This document shows, in pieces, positions 1 to 9,470 of a stretch of DNA of 64,000 nucleotides. This DNA comes from Candidatus Hydrogenedentota bacterium. Its GTDB lineage: Bacteria; Hydrogenedentota; Hydrogenedentia; Hydrogenedentales; SLHB01. Both the position numbers and the translations under genes were made by a program. Under the pieces are notes generated by a model that worked only from the letters and a program-made list of their open reading frames with translations, ran no database searches and was not told the origin of the DNA. Position 1 is the first letter of the stretch. Each line of letters begins with the position of its first letter. Where the stretch lies: contig JADLGB010000032.1 in assembly GCA_020849535.1 (NCBI GenBank), positions 64,613 through 128,612 of the forward strand, read 5' to 3'.

Positions 1-2459
1 CCCCACTCGATCGTGGTCTGAAAATCGATTCGGGCCGAATCCGCCCACAGAACCACGTCCTGAGTGACCCTTGATTTGCTAATGCATCGCACGAAACGGA
101 CGACGGCACGGACCGGCCCCGTCTCCACCACGCTTACGTTTTGCAGTTGCCCGTCCGTTTCAAGGCACTTGTCCTTGTAGAAAACATCAATGTCCCAGGC
201 AGGGCCGCAGGTAGCCATCTTGTCCTCGAACAGAAGCAAACGATTGCCCGTCTCTCCGGGCGCGAGGACTTCGCGCGCGCCAGACTTGTCATAGATACTG
301 CGCAAGCGACCTCTCGCATCGAAGGTAAGCCGAACACGCTCGTTTTCCATGCGTCGCGCGGTTGCCTGCACAGTGGCGGCGGCGACGGACCCTCTCCTCA
401 CTGCGAAGACTTCATGACCGATGGATGGTATGGTGGCGATGAAACGCGCCCGGCCATCTTCGCCGAGTTGAACCGGAGCTTCATGACCCTTCGCGTCCAC
501 GGCCACATAAGCTCCGCCTTTGCGGAGCCCCCTGGGTTCAAAGGTCGCGACGCTCCGTCGCTCCCACGACAGCGAGTTGAAAGCGAGGATGGGCGTTCCC
601 TGAGCAGGGACTTCGACGTGTGCGGCGAGGTGCTCGAGGGCGGCTTCTCTCACTGCCGCGGTTTCGTCGAAGACTTGCGCGTATTGCCGCTCCGACTCAT
701 CATAGACTTCGTCGATGGAGCTGCCGGGGAGGATGTCATGAAACTGATTCAGCAAGACGAGTTTCCAAGCCTCATGAAAACGCCTCTGCGCGTACGGCGC
801 GCCTGTTGCCACGTTCAATGCGGCGAGCATCTCGGTTTCGCGCAGCATGAACTCGGCCTGCCGGTTGTGCTTCTTGGTGAGAGCCTGTGTCGTGTACGTA
901 CCCCGGTGCAACTCGAGATACAGCTCGCCCACCCAGGTGGGCAGATCGTGCGATTCCCTTTCCAATCGCTCAAAGAAGGCCCTGGGGGTCATGGGCGTTA
1001 CGCGCGGCATACCCTCCAGATCCTGATATCGGCGCAGACGCTCCATGTGTGCGGGCGCCGGGCCACCCCCTCCATCGCCATGCCCATACGGAAGAATTTG
1101 TATGGGGCAGCGGTCCTTTTCCACGTATTCGCGCTCGCCGGTACGAATCAACCAAGGCTCGACCTGCGAGCTGTACTCCTCGGCGGGCATGAAATGGGCC
1201 AGCACGCGGCTGCCATCGGTGCCTTCCCAATGGAACGTGTGATAGGGGAAACAGGTGAACTGGTTGATCGCGATTTTCGTGGTGAAGAAGTACCGAATGC
1301 CGCTGCGGAGAAGGATCTGCGGCAGTGCCGCGCTAAAACCGAACACATCCGGCAGCCAGCAGGTTGCCACGTCGAAACCAAATTCAGCTTTGAAGAAACG
1401 GGTGCCGATGAGGATTTGCCGCACCAGACTTTCGCCGCCCGTGATGTTGCAGTCGGGCTCGATCCACATGCACCCCGTGGGGATCCACCGCCCCTTCTTG
1501 GCCATCGCGCGGACGCGCCTGAAAAGCGAGGGATACCGGTCGCGCGCGTACTCGTAGAGCTGTGGCTGACTTTGGGCGAAAATCAGTTCCGGATAACGCC
1601 CCATAAGTTCGAGCACGTTGGCAAACGTGCGCCCCGTCTTGCGCACCGTTTCCGCAAGCGGCCATTGCCAGGCGACATCGATGTGGGCGTGGCCCATCGC
1701 CGCGAAAGTCTGCGCCGAGGCCGTGGCCGGGCACTCGTAGAGGGGTTTCAATCGTCGGCGTACCGCGCGCGTCTGCTCACGCAAGGCCGCGCGAACCGGA
1801 TTGCCGTAATCGAAAAGGTCCACGGCCTCGTTCAACGCGAAGATGATCTGGGCGCGGCGCGGGTCGCCGGTGTCGGGCAGATGATAAGGCTTTCCTGTCC
1901 AGTCAAAATACTGCGTTGGATCGACGATATCGTACAGCGCAGACAGATCCCAGTAGGCGTCCCACACCTCGCGATTTAGTGCGGCGATGCGTGGTTGCTC
2001 CATCGTCCGGATGTCAAAGGCGCCCAGACGCGCGTTCGCGCCCGCCTCGATGTATAGTTCAATGCGCTCGCCGCCGCGCGCCTTCTCTAGGAGGATGTAT
2101 TCCTTTCGCGCCCAACTCAATCCTTGTACAGGTTCGCCGTCGCGATAAATGAGGCATTCGCTCTTGTCGAGGTCGAAAAGGAGCACGGTGCACTCGCCGC
2201 GGAATGCGGCAGGCACCCGGATGCGCAACCGGAACCACGTTGTTCCCCAGTTCTCTCCCCAACGATGACCGCCTCCCACCGGCACGAAGCGCAGGCGTTT
2301 TGCCTGAGCCAGCGTGAGATGCTCCTTCGTATCTGCTGCGGAGACGTCTTCGATGGGGAACGTGGGCGTGTACAGGAAGCGCTCGCCGATTTCCCGGATG
2401 CGGTCCTTGATCTTCTTCAAATAGAGCCGCTCGACCCGCAGGTGACTTGATTCGGGCAT
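1..2459 (-). CDS. GH38 alpha-mannosidase, N-terminal ~820 codons; the C-terminus lies beyond the left edge of the window
   Basis: Absent from the supplied ORF track because it has no stop inside the window. My own reverse-strand translation from ATG (2459-2457) reads MPESSHLRVERLYLKKIKD. I spot-checked 1-120 and 1621-1740 and found no stops there. The frame reads ...YECPATASAQTFAAMGHAHIDVAWQWPLAETVRKTGRTF... (about 1625-1740) and ...DVVLWADSARIDFQTTIEW at the edge. These are GH38-type motifs (GHxHID.AW; IDF.T.V/IEW). The + strand ORF 141..1979 is its antisense shadow. Confidence 0.8.
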   Translation of the reverse strand, partial: MPESSHLRVERLYLKKIKDRIREIGERFLYTPTFPIEDVSAADTKEHLTLAQAKRLRFVPVGGGHRWGENWGTTWFRLRIRVPAAFRGECTVLLFDLDKSECLIYRDGEPVQGLSWARKEYILLEKARGGERIELYIEAGANARLGAFDIRTMEQPRIAALNREVWDAYWDLSALYDIVDPTQYFDWTGKPYHLPDTGDPRRAQIIFALNEAVDLFDYGNPVRAALREQTRAVRRRLKPLYECPATASAQTFAAMGHAHIDVAWQWPLAETVRKTGRTFANVLELMGRYPELIFAQSQPQLYEYARDRYPSLFRRVRAMAKKGRWIPTGCMWIEPDCNITGGESLVRQILIGTRFFKAEFGFDVATCWLPDVFGFSAALPQILLRSGIRYFFTTKIAINQFTCFPYHTFHWEGTDGSRVLAHFMPAEEYSSQVEPWLIRTGEREYVEKDRCPIQILPYGHGDGGGGPAPAHMERLRRYQDLEGMPRVTPMTPRAFFERLERESHDLPTWVGELYLELHRGTYTTQALTKKHNRQAEFMLRETEMLAALNVATGAPYAQRRFHEAWKLVLLNQFHDILPGSSIDEVYDESERQYAQVFDETAAVREAALEHLAAHVEVPAQGTPILAFNSLSWERRSVATFEPRGLRKGGAYVAVDAKGHEAPVQLGEDGRARFIATIPSIGHEVFAVRRGSVAAATVQATARRMENERVRLTFDARGRLRSIYDKSGAREVLAPGETGNRLLLFEDKMATCGPAWDIDVFYKDKCLETDGQLQNVSVVETGPVRAVVRFVRCISKSRVTQDVVLWADSARIDFQTTIEW

Positions 2460-2669
2460 GATGTTTTGGCCTCCCCCGTCCAATGTGAATGCGCCCGGCA
2501 CAGTCTAGGAGAATGCCTGTGTTAAATCCAACGAAGCGCAAGGCATCTCGCTCGTATGTATCTCCTCTGGGACGCACGGTGAAAGAAGTAGCTCGAATCG
2601 ATTAGGATAAGGCCAGCTTCACCGTGCATGCTGGTTTGCCTCCGGTGAAAGCAGGGAGTATATCGGAAT

Positions 2670-3644
2670 ATGCTTTTGCGCAGAGTCGCTCTCGTCCTCG
2701 CCGTGGCCATGCTCACGGTGCTCGTCATTGGACTCATCGCCAAGCAGATTGCGGATGCGCGCTTCTATGAGGGTTATGATCCGCAGGCGCCATTGGCGGT
2801 GAACATCCGCAGTGTGACGGAGAAGCCGGACTACGAACTGTATGACCTCGTTTTCGACGGTGTCCCGGGAATGGCCGTGCCAACCTTGCTCGCGTTGCCC
2901 CTGGACGGAACGGCCCCGTACCCTTGCGTCATCTTCCTGCACGGCATTGGGCAAGACAAACGCTTCATGGAGCAGATCGCGGCGCCGTTTACGCAAGCGG
3001 GATATGCATTTGTGTGCTTCGACCAATACACGCGCGGCGAGCGGAAGCTGGAGAAGGGGAATCCCCTGAAAGATGCGCTGGGCCTGCGCCGGCGTAGCGC
3101 GCTCAATGTTCTCGAAACGCGCCGGCTTGTCGATTATCTGGTCACGAGGTCCGATATTGCGCCGGATCGGATCTATCTCATTGGCGCTAGCTTCGGCGCG
3201 ATTACCGGCGCCACCGCCGTTGCCTTCGAGCCGCGCATCGCGGCGGCGGTGATGTGCTATGGCGGCGGCGATCTGGACAAGCTTCTATCGAGCGACGCGG
3301 CAAAATCCGAATTGGGCAAGGCCCATTGGCTGGTGAAGACGCTCGTGACGTATCTGACCGCGCCCTCGGATCCCGTGAAATACGTGGGACAGGTGGCGCC
3401 GCGCCCACTGCTCTTTCAGAACGGCACACACGATCAACTCATTCCGAATGCCGCCGCGGACGCGCTGTTCGAGGCGGCGAATGAACCTAAGGAGCGCACT
3501 CTGTACGACTCGGATCACGTCGGGCTGGATGAAGAAAACACAAGGGCCGTGCTGAACGAAGGCCTCGAGTGGATCCAGGCAATTGATGCAAAGCGCGCCG
3601 GGCAGTCTCCAGCGGACAATCCTCCGGGGGCCGCGGCCCAGTAA
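2670..3644 (+). CDS. membrane-anchored alpha/beta hydrolase (dienelactone-hydrolase / acetyl-esterase-like)
   Basis: N-terminal hydrophobic anchor (VALVLAVAMLTVLVIGLI). Nucleophile elbow G-A-S-F-G in IYLIGASFGAITG. Later THDQLIP and SDHVG are plausible Asp/His of the triad. Divergent from the GH38 gene. Confidence 0.7.
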   Translation: MLLRRVALVLAVAMLTVLVIGLIAKQIADARFYEGYDPQAPLAVNIRSVTEKPDYELYDLVFDGVPGMAVPTLLALPLDGTAPYPCVIFLHGIGQDKRFMEQIAAPFTQAGYAFVCFDQYTRGERKLEKGNPLKDALGLRRRSALNVLETRRLVDYLVTRSDIAPDRIYLIGASFGAITGATAVAFEPRIAAAVMCYGGGDLDKLLSSDAAKSELGKAHWLVKTLVTYLTAPSDPVKYVGQVAPRPLLFQNGTHDQLIPNAAADALFEAANEPKERTLYDSDHVGLDEENTRAVLNEGLEWIQAIDAKRAGQSPADNPPGAAAQ

Positions 3645-3660
3645 GCGGCAAGGCGTGGCT

Positions 3661-5340
3661 TCAGTGTTTCACCAGTTTCCGGTAGCGGCTGCGCCGGTTC
3701 TCAAAGAGTTTGGTCCCGAACTCCTTCATGCGCCAGTCCTCGTATTCGCGGTAGTTTCCGCTGAACCAGCGGACCTGCCCCTCTCCTTCGAATACCAGCA
3801 GGTGGGTGCAAATGCGGTCGAGGAAGAAGCGGTCGTGACTGGTCACCAGCACGCAACCCCGGAAGTTGAGGATCGCCTCTTCGAGCAGGCGCAGCGTGTT
3901 CACATCGAGATCGTTGGTCGGTTCGTCCAATAGGATGACATTGCCGCCTTCTTTCAACAGCTTGGCCAAGTGGCAGCGGTTTCGCTCGCCGCCGGAGAGT
4001 TCCCCCGCGGTCTTCTGCTGGTCCGCGCCCTTGAACCCAAAACGGGACAGATACTGGCGAATGGGCACGCGCTGCTTGCCCAACACGACTTCATCGGCCC
4101 CGCCGCCGACCTCATCCAGCAGGCTGCGATCGCCCAGCAACTCCGAGCGTTCCTGATCCACATACGACAACTGGACCGTGGAGCCGAGGATGACCTCGCC
4201 GGCGTCCGGTTTTTCGTCGCCGACGATCATGCGCATCAGCGTCGTCTTTCCCGTGCCGTTCGGGCCGATAATGCCCACGATCGCCGACTTGGGCACGATG
4301 AAGGACAGGTCCGTGAACAATTGCGAATCGCCATACTGCTTGGTGACGCTCTGGAATTCGATGACCTGATCGCCCAATTCGGGTCCAGGCGCGATCTGGA
4401 TGATTGCCCCGTCCTGTTTGCCCGCGGCCGCCTCGCGCGCAACCAGTTGTTCATACTGCGCCATGCGCGCGCGCGCCAACTCGTGGCGATCTTTGTTGCT
4501 CATGCGAATCCACGACAATTCGTGCTCCAAGGCGCGCGCTCGCGGCGAGTCCTTCTTCTCTTCCCCCGCCAATTTCGTTAATTTCTGTTCGAGCCAGGTC
4601 GAGTAGTTGCCTTCCCACGGGATGCCGCGCCCGCCCTCCAACTCCAAGATCCACTTCGTGATATGGTCCAGGAAATAGCGGTCGTGCGTCACGATGATGA
4701 CCGTGCCTGGGTAGTCGCTCAGTTGCGCCTCCAGCCAGTCAACCGTCTCCGCGTCGAGGTGGTTCGTGGGCTCGTCGAGCAGCAGCAGGTCGGGGCGCTC
4801 GAGCAGTGCTTTGCACAGGGCGACCCGGCGTTTCTCGCCGCCGCTCAAGGTGCTGATGATGCGGTCGTCGTCGGGGAGGCAGAGTGCTTCACTGGCTTGG
4901 TTCAGCCGGGTGTCTAGATTCCAAGCGTCAGCCGCGTCAAGCTTGTCCTGTAAGACACCCATGCGATCGATGGCGGCCTGCATGGCGTCATCTTCCATCG
5001 GCTCCGCCATACTGGCCGCGAGCGCTTCGTACTCCTTCAGCAGGGCCATGGTTGCCGCGAATGCCGATTCGAGCGTCTGCCGCACCGTGCTGTCCGCATC
5101 CAGAAAAGGCTCCTGAGCCACGATTCCCGCCTGGTATCCCTTGGAGATCTCGGCCCGTCCCTGGAACTCGTGGTCCAGCCCCGCCATGATCCGCAGGACC
5201 GTTGATTTGCCCGAGCCGTTTTCTCCCACGATGCCGATCTTCGCGCCTGGGAAAAAGCAGAGATTGATGTCCTTCAGCACCTGTTTCTGGCCGTAATGCT
5301 TGTTCAGGCCAAGCATGGTGAAAATGTATTGCTCCGCCAT
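3661..5340 (-). CDS. ettA: ABC-F ATPase, energy-dependent translational throttle EttA
   Basis: 559 aa with two ABC cassettes: Walker A GENGSGKST and GPNGTGKTT, and signatures LSGGEKRR / LSGGERNR. N-terminus MAEQYIFTM..LNKHYG and the overall length are typical of EttA. Confidence 0.9.
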   Translation of the reverse strand: MAEQYIFTMLGLNKHYGQKQVLKDINLCFFPGAKIGIVGENGSGKSTVLRIMAGLDHEFQGRAEISKGYQAGIVAQEPFLDADSTVRQTLESAFAATMALLKEYEALAASMAEPMEDDAMQAAIDRMGVLQDKLDAADAWNLDTRLNQASEALCLPDDDRIISTLSGGEKRRVALCKALLERPDLLLLDEPTNHLDAETVDWLEAQLSDYPGTVIIVTHDRYFLDHITKWILELEGGRGIPWEGNYSTWLEQKLTKLAGEEKKDSPRARALEHELSWIRMSNKDRHELARARMAQYEQLVAREAAAGKQDGAIIQIAPGPELGDQVIEFQSVTKQYGDSQLFTDLSFIVPKSAIVGIIGPNGTGKTTLMRMIVGDEKPDAGEVILGSTVQLSYVDQERSELLGDRSLLDEVGGGADEVVLGKQRVPIRQYLSRFGFKGADQQKTAGELSGGERNRCHLAKLLKEGGNVILLDEPTNDLDVNTLRLLEEAILNFRGCVLVTSHDRFFLDRICTHLLVFEGEGQVRWFSGNYREYEDWRMKEFGTKLFENRRSRYRKLVKH

Positions 5341-5491
5341 GGGTCTCCTGTTTCCCGCGGAATAGCCGCCGCGGGCGCCGGGATTGTGGGTGTTGGAAAT
5401 TCAGCGTGGCTGAATCGCGCATAGTGTACACGGATGGGCGCCACTTTCCAACGCCGCCACGCGGGGCGATGGCCCTCGGCGCCGGATTCGC

Positions 5492-7963
5492 TCAGCCCTG
5501 TACGATTCCCCGGCGCGACCGCAACGCAAAGGCGCCCGCGATCCCAAGTCCCAAGACCACCGGCCACGCACCGACGGGTACGCTGGGAGTGTCGAGGGGA
5601 TCGTAGGGGTTGGCTCCGTTTACCCATTCCTGCTCATCGGAGAATCCATCCCCATCGGAATCAACATCCAGGTAATTCGGAATGGAGTCGCCGTCCGGGT
5701 CGATCCCCTCCGGTGCGGCGGCCTCTGCCGCGTCACTGAGCGAGTCGCCGTCGCTGTCGGTATCGAGGTAGTTCTGCGAACCATCTCCATCCCGATCGGC
5801 GTTGCCTTCCACCGTGTCGAGCAAGCCGTCACCGTCTTGATCGGTAGAGGGGATGAACCCATGGACCTTGATCGACCAGTTGGTGAGCGCACCAACGTCC
5901 AGATCCGCCAAATCGGCCACATTGAGCGACCACGTGCCATTGGGATCCTCGCCCATATGTGCCACGGACGTGAACAGCCAATTGCTGAGACCGTCTGCGC
6001 TATCCTCAATACGCTGCCGGGCCAGAGTCGAGACTGTGCCGCTGGGGGCCGTGAGTTTGAATTGCAGGTCGCCTCGCCAAGGGTGGGTTGCGTTTACGGT
6101 GATCTCCACGTGCTCGGCCACGAAATCGGCCGGACCCGAAAGCGCGAGACTGCGAGTTACCCCCACGGGAGTGAAGTCAGGTATGGACACTACGACGGAT
6201 TCGCTATTGGCGAGCGGAGTCGCCTCAGAGGGCACATTAATCCACGAGGCCGCGGCGTTCACCGCGTCAACCGCATTCACGCGCCCAAACCCGTAGGAGT
6301 GGTTGAAATGCAGCCCCGCGCCATTCGTCTGCCATCCCGCACCGCTGGGGTTGTTCTGAGTGGAAGTCTCGGCAAGGATATGTTGCACGTCGCGCCATCC
6401 GAGAAACGGATTCTTCTCCAGCATCAGGGCGATCACGCCCGCTGCAAGCGGCGTGGCGGACGACGTGCCGGAGAACCCCGAGGTATACGAATTCCCCGTG
6501 GTCGTGGTGGTGATGCTGCCGTTGTCCCAGGAGGAAGGCGTGTTGACCAGGATCGCCGAGCCAAATTCGCTGTAGTACGAGAAGAGACCGTTTGCCCCAG
6601 ATGCCGCCACGGCGATGGTATAGCGGCTGGAGGCATAGCCATCGTAACCCGCGTCGTCGTCGTACTCGCGTCCGTTGCCACCTGCCCAGCAGAACACGAT
6701 GCCGCGCCCGCCACGGCCATTGGCCACGGCATCTTCCATGGCAAGTTTGGCGAGTGGGCCGAAAGTCTCCGCGGTGAGTTCGATATCCGGCGGTCCCCAG
6801 GAATTGCTGCTGATCCAAATGCGGTCATCTGGGTCCGCGGGGTCCACGAGGTAGCCGAAGGCATCCGCTTCATCCTGATCCGTGGAGGGCAGAGCGACCA
6901 GACGCACTCCGATGAGTGTTGCGCCCAGGGCCGCGCCGGACACTCCCTGTCCATTGTTTCCCACTGCGGCGGCCACCCCCGCGCAGGAAGTCCCGTGACT
7001 GTCGCCCGGAGCCGGAGTCGGATTATTGTCATTGTTGTTGAAATCGATGCCCAAATCCGAGTTCACGTTGGCCGCAAGGTCGTTGTGTGTCTGCTCCAGC
7101 CCGTCGTCGACGATGGCAATGTTGACACCCTCGCCGTTGACCTCATCCCACGCGGACACGATATTGACATCGTTCCCCGCGACGGCGCCTGAACCTGCGC
7201 TGGCTTGTGCCGTATTGCGAAGGTGCCACTGGTTGCCGAATAGGGTGTCGTTGGGAATAAGGCGCTTCGCACGCGGTCTGCTGATCAAAGGCGTGGCGAA
7301 TTCCACAATTCCGGACTCGTAAACGGCATTGGCGATTTCGATGCTGGCCAAGAGGCCATCTTCCTCGGTGTTCAGGATGTAGGTGTCTGGACTGTACGCC
7401 ACGGTCTCCGTCACGCGCACACTGAACTTCGAGGTGATTTCATCGAGGGAATGGCCTGCAAGTAGCTTCACGCTGATTTGCCCGGTCGGAACCTGCGCGT
7501 TGGCCGCCTTCGGGGCAGCATTTTCCCCGAATAAGACAGGCCGAACATCGTATCCCTCCGGCCTCAACGCGTCCGCAGTCGTCTCCAATGCCGCGGCGTC
7601 CGCCGCGGGCGAAGCAAGCCGGACGCGAAGGGCGGCTGTTCCCGCCTGTGGTTCCGCGGTCGCTCCGGCGAGAATGGATGACACGGCACGCGAGGATGCC
7701 GCGCCATTCTTGGGCGAAGTGACTTCCAGGGTGTCCAAGGACAGGACCATGTTCACCCGCATGTTTCCGTTGTAGTAGTGGATTGATCCGCCCTGCTCGC
7801 CCAAACCTGCTGATCGTTTGCCGCTTCCCTTGGGAGTCTGTGCGCCCGCGCAGAATGTCAAAATGCAGATTATGGCAATACTGAGAGAGAATTCAGGGCG
7901 TCTTTGATTCCACACGCATGTGTCCTCCGGCGTAGTTCTTCCGCTGATTCCACCACGCAACAC
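5492..7963 (-). CDS. secreted kexin/furin-like subtilase (peptidase S8) with P-domain, thrombospondin type-3 Ca-binding repeats and a C-terminal TM/basic anchor
   Basis: Catalytic triad contexts IAIVDDG, HGTSCAGVAAAV and GTSSATPLAAGV. P-domain-like HPWRGDLQFKLTAPSGTVSTL...GTWSLNV. Repeats DQDGDGLLD / DRDGDGSQNYLDTDSDGD / DPDGDSIPNYLDVDSDGDG. The tail VPVGAWPVVLGLGIAGAFALRSRRG looks like a sorting signal. The start is uncertain because the first ~25 aa precede the signal-like segment. Confidence 0.85.
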   Translation of the reverse strand: MLRGGISGRTTPEDTCVWNQRRPEFSLSIAIICILTFCAGAQTPKGSGKRSAGLGEQGGSIHYYNGNMRVNMVLSLDTLEVTSPKNGAASSRAVSSILAGATAEPQAGTAALRVRLASPAADAAALETTADALRPEGYDVRPVLFGENAAPKAANAQVPTGQISVKLLAGHSLDEITSKFSVRVTETVAYSPDTYILNTEEDGLLASIEIANAVYESGIVEFATPLISRPRAKRLIPNDTLFGNQWHLRNTAQASAGSGAVAGNDVNIVSAWDEVNGEGVNIAIVDDGLEQTHNDLAANVNSDLGIDFNNNDNNPTPAPGDSHGTSCAGVAAAVGNNGQGVSGAALGATLIGVRLVALPSTDQDEADAFGYLVDPADPDDRIWISSNSWGPPDIELTAETFGPLAKLAMEDAVANGRGGRGIVFCWAGGNGREYDDDAGYDGYASSRYTIAVAASGANGLFSYYSEFGSAILVNTPSSWDNGSITTTTTGNSYTSGFSGTSSATPLAAGVIALMLEKNPFLGWRDVQHILAETSTQNNPSGAGWQTNGAGLHFNHSYGFGRVNAVDAVNAAASWINVPSEATPLANSESVVVSIPDFTPVGVTRSLALSGPADFVAEHVEITVNATHPWRGDLQFKLTAPSGTVSTLARQRIEDSADGLSNWLFTSVAHMGEDPNGTWSLNVADLADLDVGALTNWSIKVHGFIPSTDQDGDGLLDTVEGNADRDGDGSQNYLDTDSDGDSLSDAAEAAAPEGIDPDGDSIPNYLDVDSDGDGFSDEQEWVNGANPYDPLDTPSVPVGAWPVVLGLGIAGAFALRSRRGIVQG

Positions 7964-8159
7964 CTAGAGTATACCAGTCCAGAGGCACATTTGTGTCATG
8001 AGGTCAACTGCACCCCCGAGTGGCAAGCGGCCTTGCCCATGGAAGTCCGCGCCATAGATCGAAGACGAGCCTTGAACCCTCGATGAACCTACGACCCGAA
8101 CTGAGGAGCGCACAGCTTCGTGTCGAGCGGAGCGCCCGCAAGCGATCCGCGAACACGGC

Positions 8160-9431
8160 TCAAGGTGCGGGAGAGGCGCTCCCCTCCATTGTTATCCGGT
8201 ACTGCCTTTCGATTGGCTTCACCTTCTCGCGCTGTTGGCCTCGAATCTCCTCCTCGATGCGGCGCATCGCGGCTGACGCGTCCGCGGTGGCTTCATAGCC
8301 CGCCAAGGCGAACTCGACATTACGCCACCGCGAGAATGCCGCGTCATTCCGTTTCACCGTCGCGAGCAAAACTTCTACCGCTTGCTTCTTCATCGGAGTG
8401 TCATACAGCGCCAGATTGACCCCGCGGGCCCAGTCCTCCGCGGAAAGTGACACGACCGCTTGTCCGTCGATTTCCAGTGCGTGATTGCCGGGCTCCAAGC
8501 CTTTGATAGCCAGCGATTGCCGGTTCAGCGAATCCGAGAAATCCGTGTGTTTCAATGCGAGTTCCATTTCGGGGGCCGTGGGAAAGGGGAGGGCAGCGTC
8601 ACGCTGCTTCCATGCGCGATTGATGATCTCGCCGACCTGCGCGTGAGTTGCCTGAACGACAGTTGAGGCCGCCACATCCACCGTGACATCACTCACGATT
8701 CCTTCGGCATTCCACGCCTTCAGCAGCGCCGCGGCCATGACCAGGTGGCCGGCGGGGCCCGGATGGATTGCATCGGGGATGATTTTTTGCGCGCTTGCGG
8801 CATCGGCGGCAAGCGCCTTGCCGATGAAGTCCGCGACAGGCCTGTTGAAATCGACAAAGCCGAGTTGCTTCTCCGCGGCCAACGACCGCACATGGTCTAC
8901 GAAACGAAGCAACGAGTCGTTGTATCCATGAAATGGCGTGTCGGGGTGCGCCCAGTCGTCGTACGGCGACGTGCCGATCAGTGTAATGTGGGCGTTGGGG
9001 GCGGCAGTTCCCATGAGCGCGAGCAGTTTGCCATACCACTCCTGATACGCCGACAGTATCTTCTCGTCGAAGGGCACATAGCCGCCGTCGTTCATGCCAA
9101 GCATGATGGTGATCGCGGTAGGATCGCAGGGCTTCACATCCCGGGCGACGCGCTCCTCGATGCTGCCCATCCAGCCGCCCCACGTCGCGTCTCCCCCCAC
9201 GCCCTTCGCGAAGAATTCGACATCAAGATTCGGATAGCGCGTGATCACGAACGCCTCGATGTAGGTGGTATAGAGCCGCTGCTCCGTGATGCTGTCGCCG
9301 TAGAAGACAACGTGATCCCCATTCCTCAATGCGAATCCATCATCGCCCGCCTCCTCGGACGCGGCATAGGCCCAAGAAGCCGCACTGAAAAGAACTGCGA
9401 CTTCCACGAGAAAACGTGCGGTACGGCACAT
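8160..9431 (-). CDS. secreted SGNH/GDSL-family hydrolase with C-terminal extension
   Basis: Signal peptide MCRTARFLVEVAVLFSAASWAYA. Block I VVFYGDSITEQ, block III LGMNDGGY, block V DAIHPGPAGH. Last gene of the LacI/ABC transporter string. Confidence 0.75.
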   Translation of the reverse strand: MCRTARFLVEVAVLFSAASWAYAASEEAGDDGFALRNGDHVVFYGDSITEQRLYTTYIEAFVITRYPNLDVEFFAKGVGGDATWGGWMGSIEERVARDVKPCDPTAITIMLGMNDGGYVPFDEKILSAYQEWYGKLLALMGTAAPNAHITLIGTSPYDDWAHPDTPFHGYNDSLLRFVDHVRSLAAEKQLGFVDFNRPVADFIGKALAADAASAQKIIPDAIHPGPAGHLVMAAALLKAWNAEGIVSDVTVDVAASTVVQATHAQVGEIINRAWKQRDAALPFPTAPEMELALKHTDFSDSLNRQSLAIKGLEPGNHALEIDGQAVVSLSAEDWARGVNLALYDTPMKKQAVEVLLATVKRNDAAFSRWRNVEFALAGYEATADASAAMRRIEEEIRGQQREKVKPIERQYRITMEGSASPAP

Positions 9432-9470
9432 ACATCCTCCTTGCTCACTTCCGGGCTGACGAATGCCGCG

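Noticed and set aside
141-1979. 612-aa + strand ORF, the longest ORF listed at the left end
   Set aside because: It has R/G/A/H-rich, low-information composition and no motifs. It lies exactly antisense to a reading frame with clear GH38 motifs, so it is a high-GC shadow ORF.
5352-5415. Hairpins CCCGCGG-N8-CCGCGGG (5352-5373) and ATTCAGC-GTG-GCTGAAT (5399-5415) between the S8 gene stop and the ettA start
   Set aside because: They could be a terminator or an ettA leader structure. However, the stems are short, the downstream T-run is only 2-3 nt, and I cannot evaluate folding energy by eye.
5837-7192. 451-aa + ORF, plus several 100-200-aa ORFs opposite the S8 protease
   Set aside because: They are antisense to a gene with an intact D/H/S catalytic triad and P-domain.
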